The notes under the pieces are model-generated. The model was not told the DNA's origin and did no database searches. It was given only the letters and a program-made list of their open reading frames with translations. From positions 434,001 to 498,000 of the forward strand of contig NIVC01000491.1 of NCBI GenBank assembly GCA_002269645.1: a stretch of 64,000 nt of DNA. Direction: 5' to 3'. Origin of the DNA: Macrostomum lignano. Taxonomy: Eukaryota. Below are positions 1 to 13,200 of the stretch, one piece after another (within the stretch, counting starts at the first letter, position 1; the number at the start of each line of letters is the position of its first letter). The translations under genes and the position numbers were made by a program.

Positions 1-105
1 CAGCACCAGAGGCGCCAGCACCAGAGGCGCCAGCACCAGAGGCGCCAGCACCAGAGGCGCCAGCACCAGAGGCGCCAGCACCAGAGGCGCCAGCACCAGA
101 GGCGC
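1..105. repeat. 15-bp tandem repeat (CAGCACCAGAGGCGC)x7, runs off window start
   Basis: Seven perfect copies read directly. Confidence 0.97.
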
Positions 106-539
106 TATAACTATAAAGTTATAAAGTTATAACTAAAGTACAGAATGTATGGAATTAGCCGCAACACTTTTGGCTGATGAAGACTCGCAGGTTTTGTTTG
201 AGCTTTGCTGCCTGTTTACCTTTGACAGAAAACTTCTGTCAGTTTGTACGGAGAAAACAGAATGAAAGTGCAAATATAAAAGTGAGAATGAAGTCTGAAA
301 TAGGCGGGGAAGCTTGGCATCTGAGCGGAATTATGCCCTCTGTTTGTTCAGATTGCGTTGGGAAATTTCCTTTGACAAAACTTTTCCGCGTGTTTACTGT
401 GACACGCAATGCCAGTTGGGAAGCAGGAATTGCTACAGGAGGAAGTGGCGGATGTGATTGAGAAATAGTCGAGTGAGTTAAAACAAAGGCGGAATAAACA
501 ATGAGCTTCCTGCTTAAAGTTTTGAACGATGCCTAAGAG

Positions 540-1015
540 GGTGAGCTAATCTGAGAGATAGAGGGTGAGATAAGGTGAGAGATAGCGGGTGAGATAGACT
601 GAAAGATAAGGGTGAGATAAGATGAGAGATAGAGGGTGAGATAAGGTGAGAGATAGCGGGTGAGATAGACTGAAAGATAAGGATGAGATAAGATGAGTGA
701 TAAAGGTGAGATAAGGTGAGAGATAGCGGGTGAGATAGACTGAAAGATAAGGATGAGATAAGATGAGTGATAAAGGTGAGATAAGGTGAGATATAGCGGG
801 TGAGACAAGATGAGAGACAGGGTGAGATAAGGTGAGAGATGGAGAGAGATAAAGGGTCAGATATCGTAGAGGGTGGGATAAGGTAAGAGATAGATGGTGA
901 GATAGAGAGAAAGGTAGTGGGTAAGAGAGCGAGAGATAAGGGTGAGATAAGATGAGATAGAGGGTGAGATAAGGTGAGAGAGTGAGAGATATAGAGTTTG
1001 AGCTAGGGTAGGAGA
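540..1015. repeat. Purine-rich (GAGATA-based) minisatellite, ~68-72 bp period
   Basis: Recurrent block GGTGAGATAAGGTGAGAGATAGCGGGTGAGATAGACTGAAAGATAAG near 563, 634 and 703, decaying outward. Confidence 0.85.
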
Positions 1016-1271
1016 GAGGGTCGGAAATGTGTTGAGAGACAGATGAATAGAATCCGAGCTCCAATACATTTTATTCGATATTGTACTCAACGCTAGGCCA
1101 TAATGAAGTAGAAGAACAGAGAGAATCGAAGACTCAAAGGAGACTAAAACGCACATTAAAGGTCAAATAATAACTGCACTAAAAGCCAATGCATCTGGCT
1201 ATGCTAAAAGGTTTTTCGAAAAAAGGCGCTGCATTTAGTCAGTCCATATGCAGCATTGCAAATGCGCTCAC

Positions 1272-4200
1272 TCTGATGCAGAAGTGCTGGCTAAAGAGTT
1301 CTCCATCAGGGAGGCTGTTAACTCCATGGCAACGGCAGTTTGATGATGATGCTGTTTTTTCGATTCTAAAAAAATTGGCAATGAATAATTGCAGATAAAT
1401 AATGCAATTTCTATGCAAAAGCGTGGAGTAGATCATTAGATTGAATAGGGTTGGTTCGAAATAAAGATGAGATGCATTAGCAGTTCATGGCTCATTCAGT
1501 GATGCCAATATCTGACAATTGCACTATGATCTGGGGTGAGATTTTTCATAATATGGGGTGAGAAATTTCATGATTCGAGGTGAGATTTTTCAAGATTTGG
1601 GGTGAAATTTAACATAATTTACATACTGATACTGTTGCTTGGCGAGCTTTTGCTGGCAGGAGGTGACCTTTAACTGGGGAGAGATAGAATGAGAAAGAAT
1701 CAGATAGAATCAGATCAGAATCAGATAGAATCAGATTGGGTGAGATAGAATGGGGAGAGATAGAATGAAGAGAGATAGAATGGGGAGAGATAGAATGAGG
1801 AGAGATAGAATGGGGAGAGATAGAATGGGGGAGATAGAATGGGAGAGATAGAACAGGAGAGATAAAAAGGGGAGAGAAATAATTAAGAGAGATAGAATGG
1901 GGAGAAATAGAATGGGAAGAGATTGAATGGGGAGAGATAGAAAAGGGAGAGATAGAATGGGAGAGATAAAATGAGAAGAGATAGAATGGGGAGCGATAGA
2001 ATGAAGAGAGATAGAATGGGGAGAGAAAGAATGAAGAGAGATAGAATGGGGAGAGATAGAATGAAGAGAGATAGAATGGGAGAGAGATAAAATGAGAAGA
2101 GATAGAATAGGGAGAGATAGAATGGGGAGCGATAAAATGAGAAGAGATAGAATGGGGAGAGATAGAATGAAGAGAGATAGAATGGGGAGAGAAAGAATGA
2201 AGAGAGATAGAATGGGGAGAGATAGAAGGAAGAGAGATAGAATGGGAGAGAGATAAAATGAGAAGAGATAGAATAGGGACAAATAGAATGGCAGAGAAAG
2301 AACAGGAGAGATAGAACGTGAAAGGTTAGAACGGGATACAAAACTGCAACAAATGATAGAACCACCGAGAAAACTACGGCACAACAGCTGACTCACCCAT
2401 AGAGTTTTTAAACTGAGCCACAATGTCGTCTATTGGCATTTCGTCGTCGCAGTCAGGCTGGTCGGCGCCCTCCTGCCGGTCTTCGCTGTCATCCCAGGCT
2501 GCCGTTGGCGACCTATGGGCGAGTGGGAAACGTCGAAGGCGTAAGGGATAGAAAGGGGAAGGAATATGATGGGGAAGGGATATGATGGGGAAGGGATATG
2601 ATGGGGAAGGGATATGATGGGGAAGGGATAGCATGGCGAAGGGAGAGGATGGGGAAGGGATGGCATGGGAAGAGTCAACATTGGGAAGGGAGAGGATGGG
2701 GAAGGGATAGCATGGGGAAGGGATAGCATGGGGAAGGGATAGCATGGGAAAGGGATAGCATGGGGAAGAGATAGCATGGGGAAGAGATAGCATGGGGAAG
2801 AGATAGCATGGGGAACAGATAGCATGGGGAAGGGATAGCATGGGGAAGGGATAGCATGGGGAAGGGAGAGGATGGGGAAGGGAGAAGATGGGGAAGAGAT
2901 AGCATGGGGAAGGGTGAAGATGGGGAAGAGATAGCATGGGGAAGAGATAGCATGGGGAAGAGATAGCATGGGGAAGAGATAGCATGGGGAAGAGATAGCA
3001 TGGGGAAGAGATAGCATGGGGAAGAGATAGCATGGGGAAGAGATAGCATGGGGAAGAGATAGCATGGGGAAGAGATAGCATGGGGAAGAGATAGCATGGG
3101 GAAGAGATAGCATGGGGAAGAGATAGCATGGGGAAGGGAGAGGATGGGGAAGAGATAGCATGGGGAAGAGATAGCATGGGGAAGGGATAGCATGGGGAAG
3201 GGTGAAGATGGGGAAGAGATAGCATGGGGAAGAGATAGCATGGGGAAGAGATAGCATGGGGAAGAGATAGCATGGGGAAGAGATAGCATGGGGAAGAGAT
3301 AGCATGGGGAAGAGATAGCATGGGGAAGAGATAGCATGGGGAAGAGATAGCATGGGGAAGGGTGAAGATGGGGAAGAGATAGCATGGGGAAGAGATAGCA
3401 TGGGGAAGAGATAGCATGGGGAAGAGATAGCATGGGGAAGAGATAGCATGGGAAAGAGATAGCATGGGGAAGAGATAGCATGGGGAAGGGAGAGGATGGG
3501 GAAGAGATAGCATGGGGAAGAGATAGCATGGGGAAGAGATAGCATGGGGAAGAGATAGCATGGGGAAGGGATAGCATGGGGAAGGGATAGCATGGGGAAG
3601 GGAGAGGATGGGGAAGGGAGAAGATGGGGAAGAGATAGCATGGGGAAGGGTGAAGATGGGGAAGAGATAGCATGGGGAAGAGATAGCATGGGGAAGAGAT
3701 AGCATGGGGAAGAGATAGCATGGGGAAGAGATAGCATGGGGAAGAGATAGCATGGGGAAGAGATAGCATGGGGAAGGGAGAGGATGGGGAAGAGATAAAA
3801 CACGAGCTGTCAGCATGGAGCAATAAGAGGTTGAATTATCCGAAGAATTCATCGTCAAGGAAGAGAAACAAAATTCTAAAAAGCATCTGCGGCTTTATCA
3901 ATAATGCAACATACTTGCACGAGTATATGTTTTCTATTTTTTGAGCACAGCTGCTCTTGAGTCTTCTCTCTCGGAATTAAAATTTCCCTGCAGGCTAACA
4001 GGTGCTGTTTTACTAATTTATGACCGACACGAAAGTACAGTGAATAATTTTTTTTGCAAGAGAGTGAATAGCGCTGTTTTAATTATTTCATTTAAATTGG
4101 GCCATACGCAATTCAACAAACTGGTTTCAAATTAAAACAACATGTTTTTTTTTGTTTTTTCCTTTTAATTTTGTATCAATTTGATTACAAAAACCAACAT

Positions 4201-7200
4201 CAAAGAGACTGAAAAATCTAAACTGCCGATTTGGTCTTTATCCTTGAAAAAAGGAAAAGTAATTCTAATTACAATTTTATCAAAGCTTTTTGTGCAACAG
4301 TTTGATTGCTAAAATTTGTCCCAGCTAAATGAGATGATTTTCTAGGCTGGGGCATGGCCATTATCCTTTGTCTGTTCAAACACATGTCCTTTTATACCTA
4401 ACGCATGATCTTTCATGTACCTATCACATTATCCTTCATGTACCTATCACATGATCCTTCATGTACCTATAACATGATCCTTCATGTACGTATTACATGA
4501 TCCTTCATGTACATATCACACGATCCTTCATGTACATACCACACGATCCTTCATGTACACATCACATGATCCTTCATGTACATATCACACGATCCTTCAT
4601 GTACATACTACACGATCCTTCATGTACATATCACATGATCCTTCATGTACCTATAACATGATCCTTCATGTACATATCACACGATCCTTCATGTACATAT
4701 CGCATGATTCTTCATGTACTTATCACATGATCGTTCATGTACATATTACACGATCCTTCATGTACATATCACACGATCCTTCATGTACACATCACATGAT
4801 CGTTCATGTACATATTACACGATCCTTCATGTACATATTACACGATCCTTCATGTACTTATCAAATGATCCTTCATGTACATATCACACGATCCTTCATG
4901 TACATATCACATGATTCTTCATGTACTTATCACATGATCGTTCATGTACATATTACACGATCCTTCATGTACATATCACACGATCCTTCATGTACACATC
5001 ACATGATCGTTCATGTACATATTACACGATTCTTCATGTACATATTACACGATCCTTCATGTACTTATCAAATGATCCTTCATGTACATATCACACGATC
5101 CTTCATGTACATACCACACGATCCTTCATGTACATATCACATGATCCTTCATGTACCTATAACATGATCCTTCATGTACATATCACACGATCCTTCATGT
5201 ACATACTACACGATCCTTCATGTACATATCACATGATCCTTCATGTACCTATAACATGATCCTTCATGTACATATCACACGATCCTTCATGTACATATCA
5301 CATGATCCTTCATGTACCTATAACATGATCCTTCATGTACATATCACACGATCCTTCATGTACATATCACATGATTCTTCATGTACTTATCACATGATCG
5401 TTCATGTACATATTACACGATCCTTCATGTACATATCACACGATCCTTCATGTACATATCACATGATCCTTCATGTACCTATAACATGATCCTTCATGTA
5501 CATATCACACGATCCTTCATGTACATACCACATGATCCTTCATGTACACATCACATGATCCTTCATGTACATATCACACGATCCTTCATGTACATACCAC
5601 ACGATCGTTCATGTACATATCACATGATCCTCCATGTACCTATAACATGATCCTTCATGTACATATCACACGATCCTTCATGTACATATCACATGATTCT
5701 TCATGTACTTATCACATGATCGTTCATGTACAAATTACACGATCCTTCATGTACATATCACACGATCCTTCATGTACATATCACATGATCCTTCATGTAC
5801 CTATAACATGATCCTTCATGTACATATCACACGATCCTTCATGTACATATCACATGATCCTTCATGTACATACCACACGATCGTTCATGTACATATCACA
5901 TGATCCTTCATGTACCTATAACATGATCCTTCATCTACATATTACACGATCCTTCATGTACATATCACACGATCCTTCATGTACATATCACATGATCCTT
6001 CATGTACCTATAACATGATCCTTCATGTACATATCACACGATCCTTCATGTACATATCACATGATTCTTCATGTACTTATCACATGATCGTTCATGTACA
6101 AATTACACGATCCTTCATGTACATATCACACGATCCTTCATGTACATATCACATGATCCTTCATGTACCTATAACATGATCCTTCATGTACATATCACAC
6201 GATCCTTCATGTACATATCACATGATCCTTCATGTACCTATAACATGATCCTTCATGTACATATCACACGATCCTTCATGTACATATCACATGATTCTTC
6301 ATGTACTTATCACATGATCGTTCATGTACAAATTACACGATCCTTCATGTACATATCACACGATCCTTCATGTACATATCACATGATCCTTCATGTACCT
6401 ATAACATGATCCTTCATGTACATATCACACGATCCTTCATGTACATATCACATGATCCTTCATGTACCTATAACATGATCCTTCATGTACATATCACACG
6501 ATCCTTCATGTACATACCACACGATCCTTCATGTACATATTACATGATCCTTTATGTACCTATAACATGATCCTTCATCTACATATTACACGATCCTTCA
6601 TGTACATATCACACGATCCTTCATGTACATATTACACGATCCTTCATGTACATATCACATGATCCTTCATGTACATACCACACGATCGTTCATGTACATA
6701 TCACATGATCCTTCATGTACCTATAACATGATCCTTCATCTACATATTACACGATCCTTCATGTACATATCACACGATCCTTCATGTACATATCACATGA
6801 TCCTTCATGTACCTATAACATGATCCTTCATGTACATATCACACGATCCTTCATGTACATATCACATGATTCTTCATGTACTTATCACATGATCGTTCAT
6901 GTACAAATTACACGATCCTTCATGTACATATCACACGATCCTTCATGTACATATCACATGATCCTTCATGTACCTATAACATGATCCTTCATGTACATAT
7001 CACACGATCCTTCATGTACATATCACATGATCCTTCATGTACCTATAACATGATCCTTCATGTACATATCACACGATCCTTCATGTACATACCACACGAT
7101 CCTTCATGTACATATTACATGATCCTTTATGTACCTATAACATGATCCTTCATCTACATATTACACGATCCTTCATGTACATATCACACGATCCTTCATG

Positions 7201-10200
7201 TACATATTACACGATCCTTCATGTACTTATCACATGATCCTTCAGGTACTTATCGCATGATAATTCATGTACGTATTACATTATCCTTCCTTCATGTAAT
7301 TATCAAATTTGTACCGAAAACATCATCTTAGTATACCTAACATATGATTTTTCATGTCCGGCACATGATCCTATATTTCTATCACACTTCCAGGGTAGCA
7401 AGGTGAACCCATTTGAGCCATATGAAACTCACCCTCTTCTCAGAGGTTCAGCGGCTGAGCAGTAGTCTGAGTCCAGCTCGTGCGGTATGGCCATAGAACT
7501 CTCGAAATTATAGTTCAAGCTGCTCTTCCGTCTGAATTGGGACAAGAATTCGCAGTTTTGTAAATGAGTTACTATATACATGTAATATATAAAAATAGTT
7601 AATAGAAATAAAAATCTTTTATGCAGCGGCGTAGCCCTGCTAATAAAGTTTTGAAGTTTATTATCATAAACAAATTAAAAAAAATTTAGCGACTTGGATC
7701 TGTGGAACTGGAACTCTGGCCTCTCACCGGCAAAAAGCCTTCCACAGACCCCTGATCATGTTACAATTGGACACTGACTATGAGATGTTGTCTCTCTGCC
7801 TCTGCCTTGCGACTTGCGCCACTGTCTGTGTTACGTTGGTTATTTGAACAGATTTTTTTCAAAGTTTTCAGATCAAATAACATTTTACCATCGGCAATGA
7901 AGGAATGAATAAACATGAAGGTTAATTAATTACTTAAATCAAGGTGACGAAAGTCAACCCGCAGGTTTAATTGGGTTCACATTTAAAAGAATCGTCTTGA
8001 CAACCATAAAAGCCGCATGGGAAATTTCTGAGATGTCAAGGCTAATGGGGGGAATTGCTGAGATGTCAGAGGCTCATGGGGGAATTGCTGAGATGTCAGA
8101 GGCTCATGGGGGAATTGTTGAGATGTCAAGGCTAATGGGGCAATATATGAGATGTCAAGGCTCATGGAGGAATTGCTGAGATATCAAGGCTTATGGGGGA
8201 ATTGCTGAGATGTCAAGGCTCATGGGGGAATTGCTGAGATGAAAATGTGTTGAAGAGCTCATTGGGGGTTGCTCAGAAGCTTTGATGCTTCTTACCGAAG
8301 CCGAAATAGCTGGCTTACCGGGCGGATGGTTTTTTCTTTAAACACCATTTTCCTTAAAGTCTGATGACTGTAAATGGCCAAAACCTATATTTATTTCATT
8401 TCAAAAAATTCCCATTCCTTTCTTTTTCGCCTCCCCAAACGGGGGGGGCGCTGATTGCTAGTCCATATACTAAAAATGGTTTTTCGGTATCTATCTAGTT
8501 GAAATATACTAATCATTTTTTCAAACGTTCAGTTAAGAAACTCATATGAACCTGATGAAGATAGAACGCATGCAGAATATTCAGTTATTGTAACTAAAAA
8601 TAGTTTATAAACATACAGTAAAGTAAGCAAGGTAGGAGCGCTAAAAATAAGCGCACCGTTGTGCATTATTAATTGCTGATTTCCATGGTATATGGTTAGT
8701 CACACGCAACTTATAGGCTAAAGATTCTTTTCCAACTAAAATGTGATCAGGATCCACTGCAGTTATTGATATACTGGTAGCTATGAACATTTAGATACAA
8801 CTGGTCACGTATTAATAATCTTTTTTCATTGCTGGGCGGATACAAGCCAGTGATGGATGGAGGTCGGAGAGAATTCTGTGACATTCTGATAAACAGATTA
8901 ATGACTGATGGCCGAGCTGAGGACTGGGGTCCAGGGCTTCTGATTTTTCATGCTAGTGAACTGATATGGGAGTGAACTGAGATAAGAGTGAACTGAGATG
9001 AGAGTGAACTGAGATGAGAGTGAACTGAGATGAGAGTGAACTGAGATGAGAGTGAACTGAGATGAGAGTGAACAGAGATGAGAGTGAACCGAGATGAGAG
9101 TGAACAGAGATGAGAGTGAACTGGGATGAGAGTGAACAGAGATGAGAGTGAACAGAGATGAGAGTGAACCGAGATAAGAGTGAACAGAGATGAGAGTGAA
9201 CAGAGATGAGAGTGAACCGAGATGAGAGTGAACAGAGATCAGAGTGAACTGGGATGAGAGTGAACAGAGATGAGAGTGAACAGAGATGAGAGTGAACCGA
9301 GATAAGAGTGAACAGAGATGAGAGTGAACTGGGATGAGAGTGAACTGAGATGAGAGTGAACAGAGATGAGAGTGAACTGAGATGAGAGTGAACTGAGATG
9401 AGAGTGAACTGGGATGAGAGTGAACTGAGATGAGAGTGAACAGAGATGAGAGTGAACCGAGATGAGAGTGAACAGAGATGAGAGTGAACTGGGATGAGAG
9501 TGAACAGAGATGAGAGTGAACAGAGATGAGAGTGAACAGATATGAGAGTGAACCGAGATGAGAGTGAACAGAGATGAGAGTGAACTGAGATGAGAGTGAA
9601 CAAAGATGAGAGTGAACAGAGATGAGAGTAAACAGAGATGAGAGTGAACAAAGATGAGAGTGAACTGGGATGAGAGTGAACTGGGATGAGAGTGAACTAA
9701 CTAAATGAAATCGTTTCCTGTGACGCAGTTCGGTCAGCACTAAATTAAAATGTATAAATATAGTCTCCGGGAGATGATGACAGACGAGAATACAGTGCGG
9801 CAGAGAGGATAAATGGGGGGGGACATTTGGGAAGAGGGGACGCCTTAGCCCAGGGTTGCTCTCACGGGGCGAAGCAGATGCTCGCATTATTCGTCTAAGT
9901 CCGGCTCTCTGCTTTCTAGTTCTGAAACTGGACCAGCCTCGTTTTGAGCTGAGTCAGCAGCGAGCTGAGCTCCCCATATATCCAACTGCCGCATCGGAGT
10001 CATGAATAATTCAGCCCCCCACCGTCTCCGCATGCGAATGACCAGCGGGACGCCAAGCGCCCAGCTTTTGGTCGTTAAATTTTGGGCGGGAGAAACGGAT
10101 GACGAGGAAAAATAAAGACAGATTGAGTGCTCGGTCGAACTGCGGCAAAGGGGGCGGGGCGGGGACAGGAACTCAAATTTGTTGTTATGGCAATTTAAAT

Positions 10201-13200
10201 GGAGAGAGAGGACCGTGGGAATAAAGGGATTATTGAGATGATGAGCAGCCTTCTGGGTATTGCTCATTTCTGAGGATGAGGATTTTGAGTATAGGGATTA
10301 AAAGGATCAGAATTTTGAGGATGGGAATTATGAGGATGAGGATTATGAGGATGAGGATTATGGGGATGAGGATTATGAGTGTGAGGATTATGAGGATGAG
10401 GTCTTATGAGAATCACGATTGAGTGTGAGGATTATGGGGATGAGGATTATGAGGATGAGGATTATCAGGATGAGGATTATGAGGATGAGGATCATGGGGA
10501 TGAGGATATTGAAGATAAGGATCATGAGGATGAGGATTATGGGGATGAGGATTATGGGGATGACGATTATGAGGATGAAGATTATGAGGATGAGGATTAT
10601 GAGGATGATGATTATGAGGATGAGGATCATGAGGATGAGGATTGTGAGGATGAGGATTATGAGGATGAGGATTGTGAGGATGAGGATTATGAGGATGAGG
10701 TCTGTGAAGATGAGGACTGAGTGTGAGGATTATGGGGATGAGGATTATGAGGATGAGGATTATGAGGATGAGGATTATGAGGATGAGGATCATGAGGATG
10801 AGGATCATGAGGATGAGGATCATGAGGATGAGGATTATGGGGATGAGGTTTATGAGGATGAGGATTATGAGGATGAGGATCATGAGGATGAGGATTATGA
10901 GGATGAGGATCATGAGGATGAGGATTATGAGGATGATGATTATGGGGATGAGGTTTATGAGGATGAGGATTATGAGGATGAGGATTATGAGGATGAGGAT
11001 TATGAGGATGAGGTCTATGAGGACGAGGATCATGAGGATGAGGTCTATGAGGACGAGGATCATGAGGATGTGGATTATGAGGATGAGGTCCATGAGGACG
11101 AGGATCATGAGGATGAGGTCTATGAGGACGAGGATCATGAGGATGTGGATTATGAGGATGAGGTCTATGAGGACGAGGATCATGAGGATGATGATTATGG
11201 GGATGAGGTTTATGAGGATGAGGATTATGAGGATGAGGATTATGAGGATTATGAGGATGAGGATTATGAGGATGAGGTCTATGAGGACGAGGATCATGAG
11301 GATGTGGATTATGAGGATGAGGTCTATGAGGACGAGGATCATGAGGATGATGATTATGGGGATGAGGATTATGAGGATGAGGATTATGAGGATGAGGATT
11401 ATGAGGATGAGGATTATGAGGATGAGGATTATGAGGATGAGGATTATGAGGATGAGGAGTATGAGGATGAGGATTGTGAGGATGAGGATTATGAGGATGA
11501 GGATTGTGAGGATGAGGATTATGAGGATGAGGATTATGAGGATGAGGATTATGAGGATGAGGATTATGAGGATGAGGATTATGAGGATGAGGATTGTGAG
11601 GATGAGGATCATGAGGATGAGGATTATGAGGATGATGATTATGGGGATGAGGTTTATGAGGATGAGGATTATGAGGATGAGGATTATGAGGATGAGGATT
11701 ATGAGGATGAGGTCTATGAGGACGAGGATCATGAGGATGAGGTCTATGAGGACGAGGATCATGAGGATGTGGATTATGAGGATGAGGTCCATGAGGACGA
11801 GGATCATGAGGATGAGGTCTATGAGGACGAGGATCATGAGGATGTGGATTATGAGGATGAGGTCTATGAGGACGAGGATCATGAGGATGATGATTATGGG
11901 GATGAGGTTTATGAGGATGAGGATTATGAGGATGAGGATTATGAGGATTATGAGGATGAGGATTATGAGGATGAGGTCTATGAGGACGAGGATCATGAGG
12001 ATGTGGATTATGAGGATGAGGTCTATGAGGACGAGGATCATGAGGATGATGATTATGGGGATGAGGATTATGAGGATGAGGATTATGAGGATGAGGATTA
12101 TGAGGATGAGGATTATGAGGATGAGGATTATGAGGATGAGGATTATGAGGATGAGGAGTATGAGGATGAGGATTGTGAGGATGAGGATTATGAGGATGAG
12201 GATTGTGAGGATGAGGATTATGAGGATGAGGATTATGAGGATGAGGATTATGAGGATGAGGATTATGAGGATGAGGATTATGAGGATGAGGATTGTGAGG
12301 ATGAGGATTATGAGGATGAGGATTGTGAGGATGAGGATTATGAGGATGAGGTCTGTGAAGATGAGGACTGAGTGTGAGGATTATGGGGATGAGGATTATG
12401 AGGATGAGGATTATGAGGATGAGGATCATGATGATGAGGATCATGAGGATGAGGATCATGAGGATGAGGATTATGGGGATGAGGTTTATGAGGATGAGGA
12501 TTATGAGGATGAGGATCATGAGGATGAGGATTATGAGGATGAGGATCATGAGGATGAAGATTATGAGGATGATGATTATGGGGATGAGGTTTATGAGGAT
12601 GAGGATTATGAGGATGAGGATTATGAGGATGAGGATTATGAGGATGAGGTCTATGAGGACGAGGATCATGAGGATGAGGTCTATGAGGACGAGGATCATG
12701 AGGATGTGGATTATGAGGATGAGGTCTATGAGGACGAGGATCATGAGGATGATGATTATGGGGATGAGGTTTATGAGGATGAGGATTATGAGGATGAGGA
12801 TTATGAGGATGAAGATTATGAGGATGAGGATTATGAGGATGAGGATTATGAGGATGAGGTCTATGAGGACGAGGTCTATGAGGACGAGGATCATGAGGAT
12901 GATGATTATGAGGATGAGGATTATGTGGATGAGGATTATGAGGATGATGATTATGAGGATGAGGTCTATGAGGACGAGGATGATTAGAATAAGAGTTAAG
13001 AAAATTAATATCGCTAGAATAGGGATGATGCAACATGGAATTAAGGGAGTTATATGTCAGGGCAGCAGGTTCTATAAGCGGATGTTTCTGACACAGGAAG
13101 GTAACACCCGCAGGCTCTGCCCCCGAAAAAAATTCAATTAGGAACTGGCAAGAGCAAGGATTTTTAATCTGTCTCCTGTTTCTCTTCCCTGCCCCTCCGG

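Noticed and set aside
2374-3858. Long ORFs (382-494 aa) in all three - frames
   Set aside because: They are translations of a 16-bp tandem repeat; only 2397-2512 behaves as an exon.
4410-7260. CRISPR-like array of 23-bp repeats (also the 24-, 35- and 37-bp arrays)
   Set aside because: Repeats are contiguous with no unique spacers, there are no cas genes, and the context is eukaryotic introns.
9870-10060. GC-richer island as an internal exon of the orphan gene
   Set aside because: All three - frames after the candidate acceptor hit stops before a credible donor. It could be a terminal exon or UTR but cannot be supported.
10413-12987. 542-754 aa ORFs (ILILI, HPHNP, MRMRI)
   Set aside because: Low-complexity readings of a triplet-built minisatellite, open in several frames at once.
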